Shown here one piece after another: positions 9,572 through 19,383 of a stretch of 37,329 bases of DNA. The notes beneath the pieces were generated by a model. That model did no database searches. It was not told the origin of the DNA and worked only from the letters and a program-made list of their open reading frames with translations. Numbering within the stretch: the first letter of the stretch is position 1; each line of letters opens with the position of its first letter. The position numbers and the translations under genes were made by a program. The DNA comes from a virus (taxonomy: Duplodnaviria; Heunggongvirae; Uroviricota; Caudoviricetes): the IMG/VR virus record IMGVR_UViG_2850808358_000008, positions 1 through 37,329 of that record, one strand, 5' to 3'.

Positions 9572-9874
9572 ATGAGCAGAAAAACCCAACGTTACTCTAA
9601 AGAGTTCAAAGCCGAAGCTGTCAGAACGGTTCTTGAAAATCAACTTTCGATCAGTGAAGGCGCTTCCCGATTATCCCTTCCTGAAGGCACTTTAGGACAA
9701 TGGGTTACCGCCGCCAGAAAAGGGCTCGGTACTCCTGGTTCCCGCACGGTGGCTGAACTGGAATCTGAAATTCTGCAACTGCGTAAGGCGTTAAATGAAG
9801 CTCGCCTTGAGCGAGATATATTAAAAAAAGCAACAGCGTATTTTGCACAGGAGTCGCTGAAAAATACGCGTTAA
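9572..9874 (+). CDS. IS3-family transposase OrfA (HTH / leucine zipper)
   Basis: 100-aa ORF beginning MSRKTQRYSKEFKAEAV. A7 slippery run near 9817-9826 for the usual -1 frameshift into orfB. Confidence 0.85.
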   Translation: MSRKTQRYSKEFKAEAVRTVLENQLSISEGASRLSLPEGTLGQWVTAARKGLGTPGSRTVAELESEILQLRKALNEARLERDILKKATAYFAQESLKNTR

Positions 9875-9909
9875 TCGAACAATGGCGACAACAATTTCCC
9901 ATTGAAGCG

Positions 9910-10727
9910 ATGTGTCAGGTATTTGGTGTATCCAGGAGCGGTTATTACAACTGGGTACAGCATGAACCCTCAGACAGAAAACAAAGTGATGAGCGGCTAA
10001 AACTGGAGATTAAGGTGGCACATATCCGCACTCGCGAAACATATGGAACCCGGCGGCTCCAGACGGAGCTGGCAGAGAATGGCATCATCGTTGGTCGTGA
10101 CCGACTGGCACGTCTTCGTAAGGAGCTAAGGCTACGCTGTAAGCAGAAACGCAAGTTCAGAGCGACTACGAACCCGAACCACAATCTGCCAGTTGCGCCA
10201 AATCTGCTGAACCAGACGTTCGCTCCTACAGCACCAAATCAGGTCTGGGTGGCGGACCTGACGTATGTTGCCACACAGGAGGGATGGTTGTACCTCGCTG
10301 GCATCAAAGATGTTTATACGTGCGAAATTGTCGGCTACGCCATGGGAGAGCGCATGACAAAAGAGCTGACAGGTAAAGCCCTGTTTATGGCGCTCAGGAG
10401 CCAGCGCCCACCTGCCGGGCTAATCCACCACTCCGATCGAGGTTCACAGTACTGCGCATACGATTACCGGGTCATACAGGAGCAGTCTGGTCTGAAAACA
10501 TCAATGTCGCGTAAAGGTAACTGTTACGACAACGCTCCGATGGAAAGCTTCTGGGGAACGCTGAAAAATGAGAGCCTGAGCCACTATCGTTTTAAGAGCC
10601 GGAATGAGGCCATCTCAGTAATACGGGAATACATTGAGATTTTCTACAATCGTCAGCGTCGTCACTCTCGTCTGGGAATATCTCCCCGGCAGCCTTCAGG
10701 GAAAAATATCATCAGATGGCTGCTTAA
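9910..10727 (+). CDS. IS3-family transposase OrfB (DDE), with an apparent 1-bp deletion in a GGG run at 10674-10676
   Basis: DDE-type transposase ORF. The plausible C-terminus (GNISPAAFREKYHQMAA, stop 10725-10727) is in the neighbouring frame; the frame as sequenced instead runs past the IS end to 10812. Confidence 0.75.
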
Positions 10728-10770
10728 AAAAAGAACAAATGGTAGTGTCCGCTATTGCCAGTACACCTCA

Positions 10771-11129
10771 ATCTGCCGCTGCCCGAGGCTATCAAACTTA
10801 TGCGTTCGCTGAAATTTGCGATTTGGATGCAGACACAAATCAACAAAGCGGTGCAAAACACCTTCGTTAAGAGACTAATACCGGAGCTTGCTGCCAGATG
10901 TGCAAAATGTACCAGACCCGCACTTCAATTTGATCTGTCATTGATTCAACAAGCTACGGAGGCAGAACTGTACCGCCTGTCACCTATCCGTGATGCTCAC
11001 ACGGAAGCATCAGAAATGTTCCGGCTCATGTTTCAATTTAATTTTGCCGTTCGACGCACACGCGTTCAGGTCAATCGCATGATGCAGGAGCAGGAAGAGT
11101 TAACACAGTACAAAGGGGGCAGCCAGTGA
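10771..11129 (+). pseudogene. 3' fragment of the IS-interrupted 175-aa hypothetical gene
   Basis: In-frame continuation of 9339-9507 after removing the IS and one copy of the ATC duplication. Confidence 0.6.
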
Positions 11130-11365
11130 GTAATTCAGCACGACTACAGCTTGGTTTTTCACCGCTATCAAAAACCATCGTATTGGCAAAAATGCGTGAC
11201 TTAGGAGACGGAACAAAACGCCGCGTAGGAAATGATCGCGGTCGCGATGTAACCAACGAGGCCGCTCAACTCGTTTGGCATCTAGTCATGGCAGAAGGCG
11301 GTGAAATTAATTGGGAGCTGGATGATGGTTCTCGTATGATTTTGAGGGCCGAGAAGAGTAAATAG
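11126..11365 (+). CDS. Hypothetical protein (79 aa)
   Basis: GTG start overlaps the upstream stop (GTGA), suggesting translational coupling. No recognisable family. Confidence 0.35.
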   Translation: MSNSARLQLGFSPLSKTIVLAKMRDLGDGTKRRVGNDRGRDVTNEAAQLVWHLVMAEGGEINWELDDGSRMILRAEKSK

Positions 11366-11379
11366 CTCAAGGGGGATTA

Positions 11380-11565
11380 ATGCTAAATGATGATGAAGAA
11401 GAGCTGCTTATGCAGGAATGGTCGCTCGGTGATTATGATAATGGTGAAAATGGGTGCCCGCATTGTGGCCGTTATCGTTTATGTATCTGCCAGAATGGAA
11501 AACACAGATGTGAAAAGTGCAATTGGTCTCCGGAACTTAATGACTACGTGCCGATCGAGTGGTAG
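11380..11565 (+). CDS. Small cysteine-rich, zinc-ribbon-like protein (61 aa)
   Basis: AAGGGGG RBS. Seven cysteines arranged CPHCG...CIC...C..C, with an acidic N-terminus. Confidence 0.45.
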   Translation: MLNDDEEELLMQEWSLGDYDNGENGCPHCGRYRLCICQNGKHRCEKCNWSPELNDYVPIEW

Positions 11566-11605
11566 AGGTAAGTCACACTAGGTGTTTTTTAGTTGATTTT
11601 ATAAA

Positions 11606-11632
11606 TGCACAATAGTGCACAAATTTGCACAA
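11606..11632. repeat. Three TGCACAA direct repeats at exactly 10-bp spacing
   Basis: TGCACAA at 11606, 11616 and 11626, followed by a T7 run, at the start of the noncoding stretch before the cos/portal region. Confidence 0.4.
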
Positions 11633-11639
11633 TTTTTTT

Positions 11640-12054
11640 GAACGACTTTTTGCCCTTCCGGCCCGCGTGGCGGCTGGATCCGTCAAGGATCCGTGCGTGC
11701 ACAAAAAAACGCGTTTTTTCTGCGCGCAGGTGACGGGGGAACAGCCCGCGTTTCAGGGGTAAATAGCATCCCCTGAACGATGTCGCAGCGACACAACAGA
11801 ATGGCTGTATTTCTCACGCTGAGCGTGAAAAAGACGTGAGGGCTTTTGATTTGATGGGTGGAAGATAAGGCCGTCAAAATCGCACTGAGGCGGCGAGAAC
11901 ATGCAGTCAGCGCAGTGGGATTGCGTAAGAGTCTGACTGTCGATGATGGCAATCAGCAGGAAAGCGTCGTGAAATTATCTGACTGATACAGGAGCTGGAG
12001 AGTCGGGGCATAAATTTTTTATGCCCCGGCGAAGCAGCAGACAAGCGAAGCGCG
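11640..12054. other. Noncoding region likely to contain the cos site / packaging signals
   Basis: About 490 bp without convincing ORFs between the accessory genes and portal Q, the position of cos in P2-like prophages. Contains GCGTGGCGG near 11665-11680 (reminiscent of P2/186 cos ends as recalled) and the palindrome CGGATCC-gtcaa-GGATCCG. Exact cos not determinable here. Confidence 0.3.
12005..12027. terminator. Perfect 10-bp inverted repeat (GGGGCATAAA ttt TTTATGCCCC) just downstream of Q
   Basis: Hairpin immediately after the Q stop on the minus strand; no strong U-tract. Confidence 0.35.
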
Positions 12055-13101
12055 TCAGGATGTGGGCTGGGTGTCTAACAGTGCGTAAGGGTTAAAGCGG
12101 ATCACCTCTTCGCCAAGCCAGTCATTGATGTGCTTCATGGCCTCCATGACGGGCATCAGCTCGTTAATTGCGTAAACCCGCGCGGCCTTCTCCACATCAC
12201 CAAACGCACTTTTTTCGCCCGGCATCGCCCCCATCAGTTGCGGCGGAACGCGGTGCGCAGCCAGCACATCATCACGGGATGCCGCCTTAACATTCATGAA
12301 CTCATCCTTTGCGGTGATCTGCTGGAACGGCAAAATTTGCACCCTTTCTTTGCCCCCGTTGGGCGCATGAATGAGCACGTTTTTAAACGCACCACCACCA
12401 CGTGCCCCCTGTAGCGTTTCTTTCAGGGAGTCCATGCTTTCGCGGTTTACCTGCGCTGCACCGATGTAGATGATGCACCCGGCGTGGGATCCGTTGTCGT
12501 AGTACAGTTTTCTGAACATGTCCGCCGAATGAGAAAGGCTGGCCGAGAGTAATGCGCCAAGATATTCCGGCATGCCGTAGATTTCCTGGTTAATATCCGG
12601 ATTCATCAGGTGGCACACTTTGCCAGGACGAAACTGAAACGCATCCTTGCCATCCTGCACATACCACCATGATTCAAGATCGCTTCCGCGTCGCATGTAT
12701 TTCGCCAGGGCGTGCCGTAATTTAAGCGGTTCGCCGAGCATATTGCTCCGAAGCTCAAGGAATGCGTTACCGAACACAAACCAGTCCAGCGCCAGCGCCG
12801 AGAAATCCTGCCGGGAAAGCAGCGGGTGCGGAATATAGCAGCCGAGCAATACATTGCGCTTAAAGTAAAGCGCAGACTGATGCCAGGACGTTTGCCGGGC
12901 AGCTCTTGCCAGACCGTACCAGTCCACCGGGGGTTCATACCACCGCCCGTTATCAGCACAGTACATATTGTCCAGCAGGTCATGCCCGGTCAGGCGATAA
13001 GGACCATCAAATGTGAATGCACTGAGCGATGATTCTTTCCTGAGCGCATCAGCGAGATCAATGCGTGAACTCATGCGCACTTTTTTATTTTTTCTGCTCA
13101 T
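12055..13101 (-). CDS. Q: Portal protein, P2 gpQ-like
   Basis: 348-aa ORF at the position and orientation of P2 Q, leftward next to cos and upstream of the terminase large subunit. Confidence 0.85.
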   Translation of the reverse strand: MSRKNKKVRMSSRIDLADALRKESSLSAFTFDGPYRLTGHDLLDNMYCADNGRWYEPPVDWYGLARAARQTSWHQSALYFKRNVLLGCYIPHPLLSRQDFSALALDWFVFGNAFLELRSNMLGEPLKLRHALAKYMRRGSDLESWWYVQDGKDAFQFRPGKVCHLMNPDINQEIYGMPEYLGALLSASLSHSADMFRKLYYDNGSHAGCIIYIGAAQVNRESMDSLKETLQGARGGGAFKNVLIHAPNGGKERVQILPFQQITAKDEFMNVKAASRDDVLAAHRVPPQLMGAMPGEKSAFGDVEKAARVYAINELMPVMEAMKHINDWLGEEVIRFNPYALLDTQPTS

Positions 13102-14852
13102 CAGAACTCCATAACCGTGAAACGCTCGTTTTCTCCTTCGCCGCCAATCGGTTCATTAATGACAGCAAGCATGGTTGCCCACGCAAGGTAGCCGTGGCTG
13201 ATCCCCCTCGCGCGGTCCGTTTCGTAAGTGATAAAGCCGCCCGGTGTTTTCACCTTACGCACGGCGTTAAAGGCCGCGACCAGCTCGCGTTCGGCGCGAT
13301 CGTATTCCCACCGCCCGGCACGCATTATTTGCAGCATTTTCAGTACCAGCGACCGTTTTGATGACAGCGTGAAGGTGTACGGAATAGCAGCAGGGAAAAA
13401 CCGTTTCACTATCTGATAAACGGCATCCCCGTGCCCGCCAGTCGCATCAATGCCGATGTGTTCCACGTTGTAGCGACACGTGAACTCTTCAATGACTCTG
13501 GCCTGTTCTTCAAACTCCAGCCCCTGAACGCGTCGCGTCTCCACCGTTCGAAAACGGCCACCAGGAACAGCCGGAGGAACCACCACGGACACAGCGCCGC
13601 TGTCGCCGTTTCCACTGCTGCCGTTTGCGTCATACCCAATCCATACCGGACGATTCCCCATCGGGCGGGGAGCAAAAGGTTTCCAGTCTTTCCAGTCGTC
13701 GTATCCATCAACACCGCAGCCAATCAGGATATTCAGGTTAAATGCCGATTCCCCTTCGCGGACAAACTCACACATATAGAGATTGCGGAACTCGTCTTCG
13801 GTGTTTTCATCACGAATTTCATCAATATCGGTGTGTTTCCAGCCGTGATTAACCACATCTTCCAGCGTGACAATTTGCCGCCACGTCCGGTCGGGGCAGA
13901 TAAGCCCGTTATGCAGCGTTTTCCAGTCCACAGAAAAACGCTGGCGTTTATGCGCGGCCTTTTTCTCGTTCCAGCGGTCGCCGTTCCAGTAGACGTATGC
14001 CTCGTGCGTTTCGGTGGATGGCGTGGAGAAGTAGGTGCGTCGCAGCCCGCTGAGGGTTGCCATAGCGCCAGCCACCTTGCGCAGTTCAGCAAAGCGACTG
14101 ACCCAGAAAAATTCATCAAAATAAAAATTGCCTGTGTAGGACTGTGCCGTCGCAGCAGAAGTACCGAGAAAATGCAGTTCTGCGCCGTTGGAGAGGATGA
14201 TTTTATCGCCCCCTTTCAGCTCCACATCAACTTCAGCCGCGGCCTTCTGAATAATGCTTTTAAACTGGAACGCCTGACGACGCGACGCAGACAAAAAAAT
14301 CTGGTTACGCTGGTAAGGTTGTGCCACATCGTCACGCAGCGCCATCAGCAGTGCTTCCTGTGCAAAATACCAGGTCGCCCCAATCTGTCGGGATTTCAGG
14401 ATCATCCTGTTACGTATCCCGGCTTCACTGCAAAGGGTCAGGGAGTCAAACCAGCCCCGCTGATGCCACTCCAGCCTGCTGATGATTTTTTCCCGCAGTG
14501 CGGCAATCTGCTCCGGCGTGAAATGATTTTTGAGTTTTTTCGCCCGGCCTTTCTTTCCTGTGGCCGTCGCATCCGGCTGGCCATCATGCAGTTTTTTAAG
14601 CTGCCGGGTCAGCAGGTCTATTTCCTTAAAGTCACCGCCTGTTTTATTCTGTTTTTCAGTAAGCTGGATGAGGCGCGCATCGATGGACTGCGTGACACGC
14701 TGCACGGGTGGCGTTTCATCCCACTGGTCGCGTTTTTTCCACGCATAAATCGTGTTCGGGTTTATTCCCATCAGACGTGATATTTCTGCGGGTGGATAAC
14801 CCTGCCAGTAAAGTTGCCGCGCACGCTGGCGCACAAAAGCGTCCTGAATCAT
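13101..14852 (-). CDS. P: Terminase large subunit (ATPase), P2 gpP-like
   Basis: 583-aa ORF, co-oriented and overlapping Q, divergent from the O operon. Confidence 0.85.
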   Translation of the reverse strand: MIQDAFVRQRARQLYWQGYPPAEISRLMGINPNTIYAWKKRDQWDETPPVQRVTQSIDARLIQLTEKQNKTGGDFKEIDLLTRQLKKLHDGQPDATATGKKGRAKKLKNHFTPEQIAALREKIISRLEWHQRGWFDSLTLCSEAGIRNRMILKSRQIGATWYFAQEALLMALRDDVAQPYQRNQIFLSASRRQAFQFKSIIQKAAAEVDVELKGGDKIILSNGAELHFLGTSAATAQSYTGNFYFDEFFWVSRFAELRKVAGAMATLSGLRRTYFSTPSTETHEAYVYWNGDRWNEKKAAHKRQRFSVDWKTLHNGLICPDRTWRQIVTLEDVVNHGWKHTDIDEIRDENTEDEFRNLYMCEFVREGESAFNLNILIGCGVDGYDDWKDWKPFAPRPMGNRPVWIGYDANGSSGNGDSGAVSVVVPPAVPGGRFRTVETRRVQGLEFEEQARVIEEFTCRYNVEHIGIDATGGHGDAVYQIVKRFFPAAIPYTFTLSSKRSLVLKMLQIMRAGRWEYDRAERELVAAFNAVRKVKTPGGFITYETDRARGISHGYLAWATMLAVINEPIGGEGENERFTVMEF

Positions 14853-15006
14853 TGCTCCCCCTGAGTAATTACAGGAAGATTACCCGCGCGCGAAACCGTT
14901 CTCCTTAACCCCCTGTTCTGGCCGTTTTCTTACAACAAAAGCCCTTTGTATCAGCCTGTTACGCTTTGCCATCATGACTGAAGAACCAGTCAGAGGGGCA
15001 AAAACT
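14853..15006. promoter_or_regulatory. Divergent late promoter region between P and O
   Basis: Intergenic region between divergently oriented P and O, where P2-like phages carry Ogr-activated late promoters. Contains TGT...ACA partial dyads, but no exact match could be confirmed by eye. Confidence 0.3.
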
Positions 15007-15843
15007 ATGGCTAATGAAAAAAAGACATCCCGCAAAAAGTTTCGCGTGGCTGTCTCCGGATCAACTGTTGATGGCCGTGAAATCAGTCCGGTACATCTGC
15101 GTGAAGCTGCCGAGAACTTCAACCCGGATGTTTACGCTGCCCGCGTGAACGTTGAGCACTATCTCTCGCCATGCCCGTCAAGCGAATTTTCCGCAATGGG
15201 CGATGTCACCGCGCTGAGTACGGAAGATATTACGGAAGGCCCGCTGGCCGGACGTACTGCGCTGTATGCAGAAATCGAACCGACCGAGCGCATGAAGCAG
15301 CTTGTCGCTGACGGCAAGAAAATCTATTCCAGTATCGAACTGCACCCGCAGTTCTCCGTTAACGGGCGCGCCTATCTGGTCGGGCTGGCGATGACCGACA
15401 CCCCGGCAAGCCTGGGCACTGAGCGCCTGAAATTCACGGCACAGCAACGTCAGGCAGTGATGACGTTCAACAGTATCCAGGGTGAAGCACCGCTTATCTC
15501 CGAAGCCATCGAGTCTGAAATCATCGAAATGGCAGAACAACGCCAGGAAGAAGGCACCCAGTGGTTTAACCGCGTAATGGGGATTATTGGTCGTGGCCGC
15601 AAAGCGGATGACGCCAGTTTCTCCCGCATTCAGGAAGCGGTGGAAGGCGTCGCAACGTCACAGGCCGACATTATCGACCGTTTTAATGCACTGGAAACCC
15701 GCCATCAGCAGGACAGCCAGAAAATCACTTCACTGACCACAGAGCTGGCAGCACTGAAGGAAAAACTGCGCACGCAGGACGGCGATCCGCAGAACCGGTT
15801 CACCGCAACGGGCGCAGCTTCCGACCAGCTGGCTGACTTCTGA
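15007..15843 (+). CDS. O: Capsid scaffolding protein, P2 gpO-like
   Basis: N-terminus MANEKKTSRKKFRVAVSGSTVDGREIS resembles P2 O as recalled; GAGGGG RBS. The ORF track starts 33 nt earlier. Confidence 0.85.
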   Translation: MANEKKTSRKKFRVAVSGSTVDGREISPVHLREAAENFNPDVYAARVNVEHYLSPCPSSEFSAMGDVTALSTEDITEGPLAGRTALYAEIEPTERMKQLVADGKKIYSSIELHPQFSVNGRAYLVGLAMTDTPASLGTERLKFTAQQRQAVMTFNSIQGEAPLISEAIESEIIEMAEQRQEEGTQWFNRVMGIIGRGRKADDASFSRIQEAVEGVATSQADIIDRFNALETRHQQDSQKITSLTTELAALKEKLRTQDGDPQNRFTATGAASDQLADF

Positions 15844-15866
15844 TAAGACAAAGGAGCAAATTTTTT

Positions 15867-16919
15867 ATGAATCTGGTGATGTCAGATATTACCCGCAACA
15901 AGCTGGGTTGCTATATGGCGCAGCAGGCGTCGCTTAACAATATTCCGGTTTCCGCACTGGTATCGCGATTTACCGTGGAACCCTCGGTACAGCAGCGTTT
16001 TGAAAACGCCTCAAAGGAAAGCACCGAATTTACAAAAAGAATTAACGTGATCGGCGTGACCGACCAGAAAGGCGAAAAAATCCTCCTGGATACCACCGGG
16101 CCGATTGCGCGCACGAATACCAGTTATGACGGCACAAAACGCCGTAACCCGAATAACGTGGTTGATCTGAAAAACCGCAAATACCAGTGCGAACAGGTGA
16201 ACTACGACACGTTTATTTCATATCCGCAGCTTGATGCCTGGGCGGCACACCCTGATTTTCAGTCCCGCATCAGCGCACAGATTGCCCGACAGGTGGCACT
16301 TGACCGCATCATGATCGGTTTCAACGGCACGTCTCACGCGGATGAGTCCAACTTCAGCACCAACAAGCTGCTTCAGGACGTTAACGTGGGATGGCTGGAG
16401 CACATCAGAACCGACGCCAGCGAACGCGTTATGAATGACGTGACGCTGACCTCCCGCAACATGGACAACACCGTGGCGCACGCGGGTAAGTATGCGAACG
16501 CTGATGCACTGGTACAGGACGCGCGTTCATCCCTGCTGGATGAATGGCACAAGGAAGCTGACGACCTTGTGGTGATTATGGGGCGCAACCTGTTTAACTC
16601 GCTGCGTCTGCCCGTGCTGAACAGCATCAGCGGCCAGAATCCCAATGCGGAATTACTTGCCGGGCAGCTCATCCTGTCATCGCGCACCATTGGCGGGCTG
16701 GGCGTGTTCCTTGCGCCGTTCTTCCCGGATGCAACGATGCTGATCACCTCGTTCAACAACCTGTCGATTTACTGGCAGAAAGGTTCAATGCGTCGCCTGA
16801 TGAAAGACGAGCCGGAATACAACCGCATCGCCACCTACCAGTCCATCAATGACGCTTATGTCGTTGAAGACTATGGCAAGTGCGCGATGGTCACTGGCCT
16901 GAAGTTCGCCGACAGCTAA
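15867..16919 (+). CDS. N: Major capsid protein, P2 gpN-like
   Basis: Motifs FTVEPSV, MIGFNGTS, GWLEHIR, PDLVVIMGR and the C-terminal YVVEDYGKCAMVTGLKF match P2 N as recalled. AAGGAG RBS. Confidence 0.9.
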   Translation: MNLVMSDITRNKLGCYMAQQASLNNIPVSALVSRFTVEPSVQQRFENASKESTEFTKRINVIGVTDQKGEKILLDTTGPIARTNTSYDGTKRRNPNNVVDLKNRKYQCEQVNYDTFISYPQLDAWAAHPDFQSRISAQIARQVALDRIMIGFNGTSHADESNFSTNKLLQDVNVGWLEHIRTDASERVMNDVTLTSRNMDNTVAHAGKYANADALVQDARSSLLDEWHKEADDLVVIMGRNLFNSLRLPVLNSISGQNPNAELLAGQLILSSRTIGGLGVFLAPFFPDATMLITSFNNLSIYWQKGSMRRLMKDEPEYNRIATYQSINDAYVVEDYGKCAMVTGLKFADS

Positions 16920-16964
16920 TCAACTCACGGCGGGCATCATGCCCGCCAGTAACGGAGAGAACAA

Positions 16965-17765
16965 ATGATTACTCCTGCACAGCAACACTGGCAGAACGTG
17001 ATGGCACAGCGCGCAGGCCGGGCGAATGAAGGCGTGGACCACGCCGCGCGTACCGCGCATGAAGAGGTGCTGTATCGTCTGCGTCTGGCACAGGCCCGGC
17101 TTAAGGGCGTACAGGCCAGAAGCGCGAAAGCCGCCATCAAAAAAGAGTTGTTGCCGGATTTTTCCGGCTGGATTGAGGGAACGCTGGAGGCTGACGGCGG
17201 GCAGCAGGATGAAGTGATTGCCACGCTGATGGTGTGGGCGATTGACTGTGGCGATCTTCCGCTTGCGCTGCGTATCGGCGCGTATGTGGTCCGTCACAAC
17301 CTCATCATGCCGGATAACTTTGGCCGTACTGCTGCCACGGTACTGACCGAAGAAATCTGCAACCCGGTACTGACGCAGGCCGGGACGGATGCCGACGCGG
17401 ATTTATCCGCCTTTATCGAACCACTGGACACCCTCCGGGAGATTGTCACCGACCAGGACATGCCGGACGAAGTGCGCGCCAAATTATGCAAGGCGTGCGC
17501 CTTTGCCCGTCGTGGTCTGAGCGATGCAGACAACATGGCCTTATCACTGAAGCTGCTGCGCGAAGCAATGCACCTGAACCCGAACGCAGGTGTGAAACGC
17601 GAGATTGCAACCCTTTCCCGCGCCCTGAAAAAAGCCGATTCAGCAGCCGCACCAGAAGACGCCAGCACACAGCAGACGCAGGACGAAAGCAGCAAAAGTA
17701 AAAAGACAACGCGGAAGCCTGCAACACGAAAAACCACCGCGACGCAGAAGGCGAAGCGCGGTTAA
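16965..17765 (+). CDS. M: Terminase small subunit / endonuclease, P2 gpM-like
   Basis: 266-aa ORF. MPDEVRAKL and AGVKREI motifs match P2 M as recalled. Confidence 0.85.
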   Translation: MITPAQQHWQNVMAQRAGRANEGVDHAARTAHEEVLYRLRLAQARLKGVQARSAKAAIKKELLPDFSGWIEGTLEADGGQQDEVIATLMVWAIDCGDLPLALRIGAYVVRHNLIMPDNFGRTAATVLTEEICNPVLTQAGTDADADLSAFIEPLDTLREIVTDQDMPDEVRAKLCKACAFARRGLSDADNMALSLKLLREAMHLNPNAGVKREIATLSRALKKADSAAAPEDASTQQTQDESSKSKKTTRKPATRKTTATQKAKRG

Positions 17766-17866
17766 CGACTGACCCCGTCAGCGGGCGGCGTGCGCGGTGT
17801 TCCGGTTTGACTCCGTGACCGTTTACACCGCGCACCCACCGCCCGATTTTTTCAGGAGTGAACCCC

Positions 17867-18361
17867 ATGAGTATGGTTGCCAGAACTGAACCAGGACCCG
17901 CAGAGGACGACATCACCGATACCGATGATGGCGACACTCGCATTTCAGCAGGTGCATTCTGGCCGGATATTGTGCTGCGCGAGCTGCGTCTGGCGGTACG
18001 ACTGCCGGGCCGCGTGACCACCTCCCGCCTGCTGCATACTGCCACCGGGGCCGTGGCTCACGTTACCCGCGAGCTGGAAGCATGGCAGCAGGAACAGCAG
18101 GCGGCTGGCCATCAGACGCTGGCCGATGTTCCGGCACCCGTAATTAACGGAGAAAGCGTCAATCTCTGGCACTGGCGCAATGCTGTTTATACCGCCACAC
18201 GCGCCCTGATTCTGGAGCGTTACCGCGATGCGGACACAACGGACAAGGGCGACCGCCGGGCGGACGCACTGGATATACAGACATCGGATTTGTGGCGCGA
18301 TGTGAGCTGGGCCATCTCTGACATTCTGTGCCGCCCGCGAATCTTTGCGGAGTTGTGCTGA
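17867..18361 (+). CDS. L: Capsid completion protein, P2 gpL-like
   Basis: AGGAG RBS 8 nt upstream of ATG 17867. C-terminal DELWRD-like region (SDLWRDVSWAI) resembles P2 L. Confidence 0.8.
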   Translation: MSMVARTEPGPAEDDITDTDDGDTRISAGAFWPDIVLRELRLAVRLPGRVTTSRLLHTATGAVAHVTRELEAWQQEQQAAGHQTLADVPAPVINGESVNLWHWRNAVYTATRALILERYRDADTTDKGDRRADALDIQTSDLWRDVSWAISDILCRPRIFAELC

Positions 18362-18558
18362 TGAAAGTGAAGGCACTGGAAGGCGACACCGTGGATTCGC
18401 TCTGTTTCCGGTACTACGGCACGACGCAGGGCGTCACCGAAAAGGTGCTGGATGCCAACCCCGGACTCTGCCGACAGGTATTTCTGGAAGCCGGACAGGA
18501 GGTGAAAATGCCGGAGCCGGAGAAGAAAAAACAACGAGAGATGATACAGCTATGGTAA
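18361..18558 (+). CDS. X: Tail protein X (LysM-like), P2 gpX-like
   Basis: MKVKALEGDTVDSLCFRYYG...DANPGL matches P2 X (MKTFALQGDTLDAICVRYYG) as recalled. ATGA overlap with L. Confidence 0.8.
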   Translation: MKVKALEGDTVDSLCFRYYGTTQGVTEKVLDANPGLCRQVFLEAGQEVKMPEPEKKKQREMIQLW

Positions 18559-18854
18559 CAGGTTTTTTTCAGCGGGTGAGTGACTGGATCACCTTCTGGG
18601 CATCAGTCACAGCCACCACAATAGGCGTGATGACCATCAGTGAAAAAATAGCCCTTGCCGGGTTGTTACTCGGTTCTCTGTCTGCATTACATGCCTGGCG
18701 ACATCGCCGCCTGATGGAAACCGCCATGCAGCGTCGCAATGAACTCATCGCCAGTATCCTGGCGCAGTCAGACGCACAGCCACTTCACGACAGTGAGCGT
18801 CAGGCTCTGAACATTCTGCGGGATAACGATACACATGATAAAGCTGCCCGTTAA
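18552..18854 (+). CDS. Y: Holin (possible pinholin), P2 gpY position
   Basis: 100-aa ORF with two hydrophobic segments, directly upstream of the endolysin. Confidence 0.7.
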   Translation: MVTGFFQRVSDWITFWASVTATTIGVMTISEKIALAGLLLGSLSALHAWRHRRLMETAMQRRNELIASILAQSDAQPLHDSERQALNILRDNDTHDKAAR

Positions 18855-19383
18855 ACGTTACGCCGTAGCCGCCATTGTGGCGCTGGGGTTCTCCATTGCC
18901 CCTCACAAACTCCGGACCAGCCCGGAAGCGCAAATCCGCATTGCCACATGGGAGGACTGTCGCGCAACGCCTTACCGGGATATTGCCGGGGTAATGACCG
19001 TGGGGTGCGGCTCGACCGGGCATGTGGAAAATCGTCTGTACACCGAAACGGAAGTCGCCGGGCGCTGGGTTAATGATATGCAACATGCAGAAAACTGCAT
19101 AAATCAGAACTTCAGCGGCAACGCCATGCCACAGTCCGCGTTTGAGGCAATGACAGATGCCGCCTTTAATCTTGGATGCAGAAATCTTATGTGGTTCAGG
19201 GATAAGAACCGTAACTACCACCGCACCACTATCTGGAAACATGCACAGGCGCACAACTGGCCTGACATGTGCAACAGACTGACTGACTTCGTGAACAGCG
19301 GCGGCGAACGCTCACAGGGACTGGTTAACCGTCGTACTGATTTTCGTGCATGGTGCTTACGTGACACCGGAGGCCAGTCATGA
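18835..19383 (+). CDS. K: Endolysin, lysozyme with an N-terminal signal-anchor-release (SAR)-like segment
   Basis: Ala/Gly-rich hydrophobic N-terminus (YAVAAIVALGFSIA) followed by WEDCRATPYRDIAGVMTVGCGSTGH, resembling the catalytic Glu/Asp/Thr region of P21-type SAR lysozymes as recalled. Confidence 0.75.
   Translation: MIKLPVKRYAVAAIVALGFSIAPHKLRTSPEAQIRIATWEDCRATPYRDIAGVMTVGCGSTGHVENRLYTETEVAGRWVNDMQHAENCINQNFSGNAMPQSAFEAMTDAAFNLGCRNLMWFRDKNRNYHRTTIWKHAQAHNWPDMCNRLTDFVNSGGERSQGLVNRRTDFRAWCLRDTGGQS

Larger units (their letters stand above)
9508..10770 (+). mobile_element. IS3-family insertion sequence, IS600-like, 1263 bp, with a 3-bp ATC target-site duplication
   Basis: Imperfect terminal inverted repeats of about 29 bp starting TGAGGT and sharing CGGACACT in register. 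ATC at 9505-9507 and 10771-10773. Contains orfA and orfB with an A7 slippery run. Confidence 0.85.

Noticed and set aside
10755-11129. ORF-track start at 10755 for the gene after the IS
   Set aside because: That start lies inside the IS right inverted repeat; the ORF is the 3' part of the gene beginning at 9339, restored in frame once the IS and one ATC copy are removed.
13431-14780. 449-aa plus-strand ORF
   Set aside because: Lies entirely antisense to the terminase large subunit gene P; low-complexity composition, so treated as a shadow ORF.
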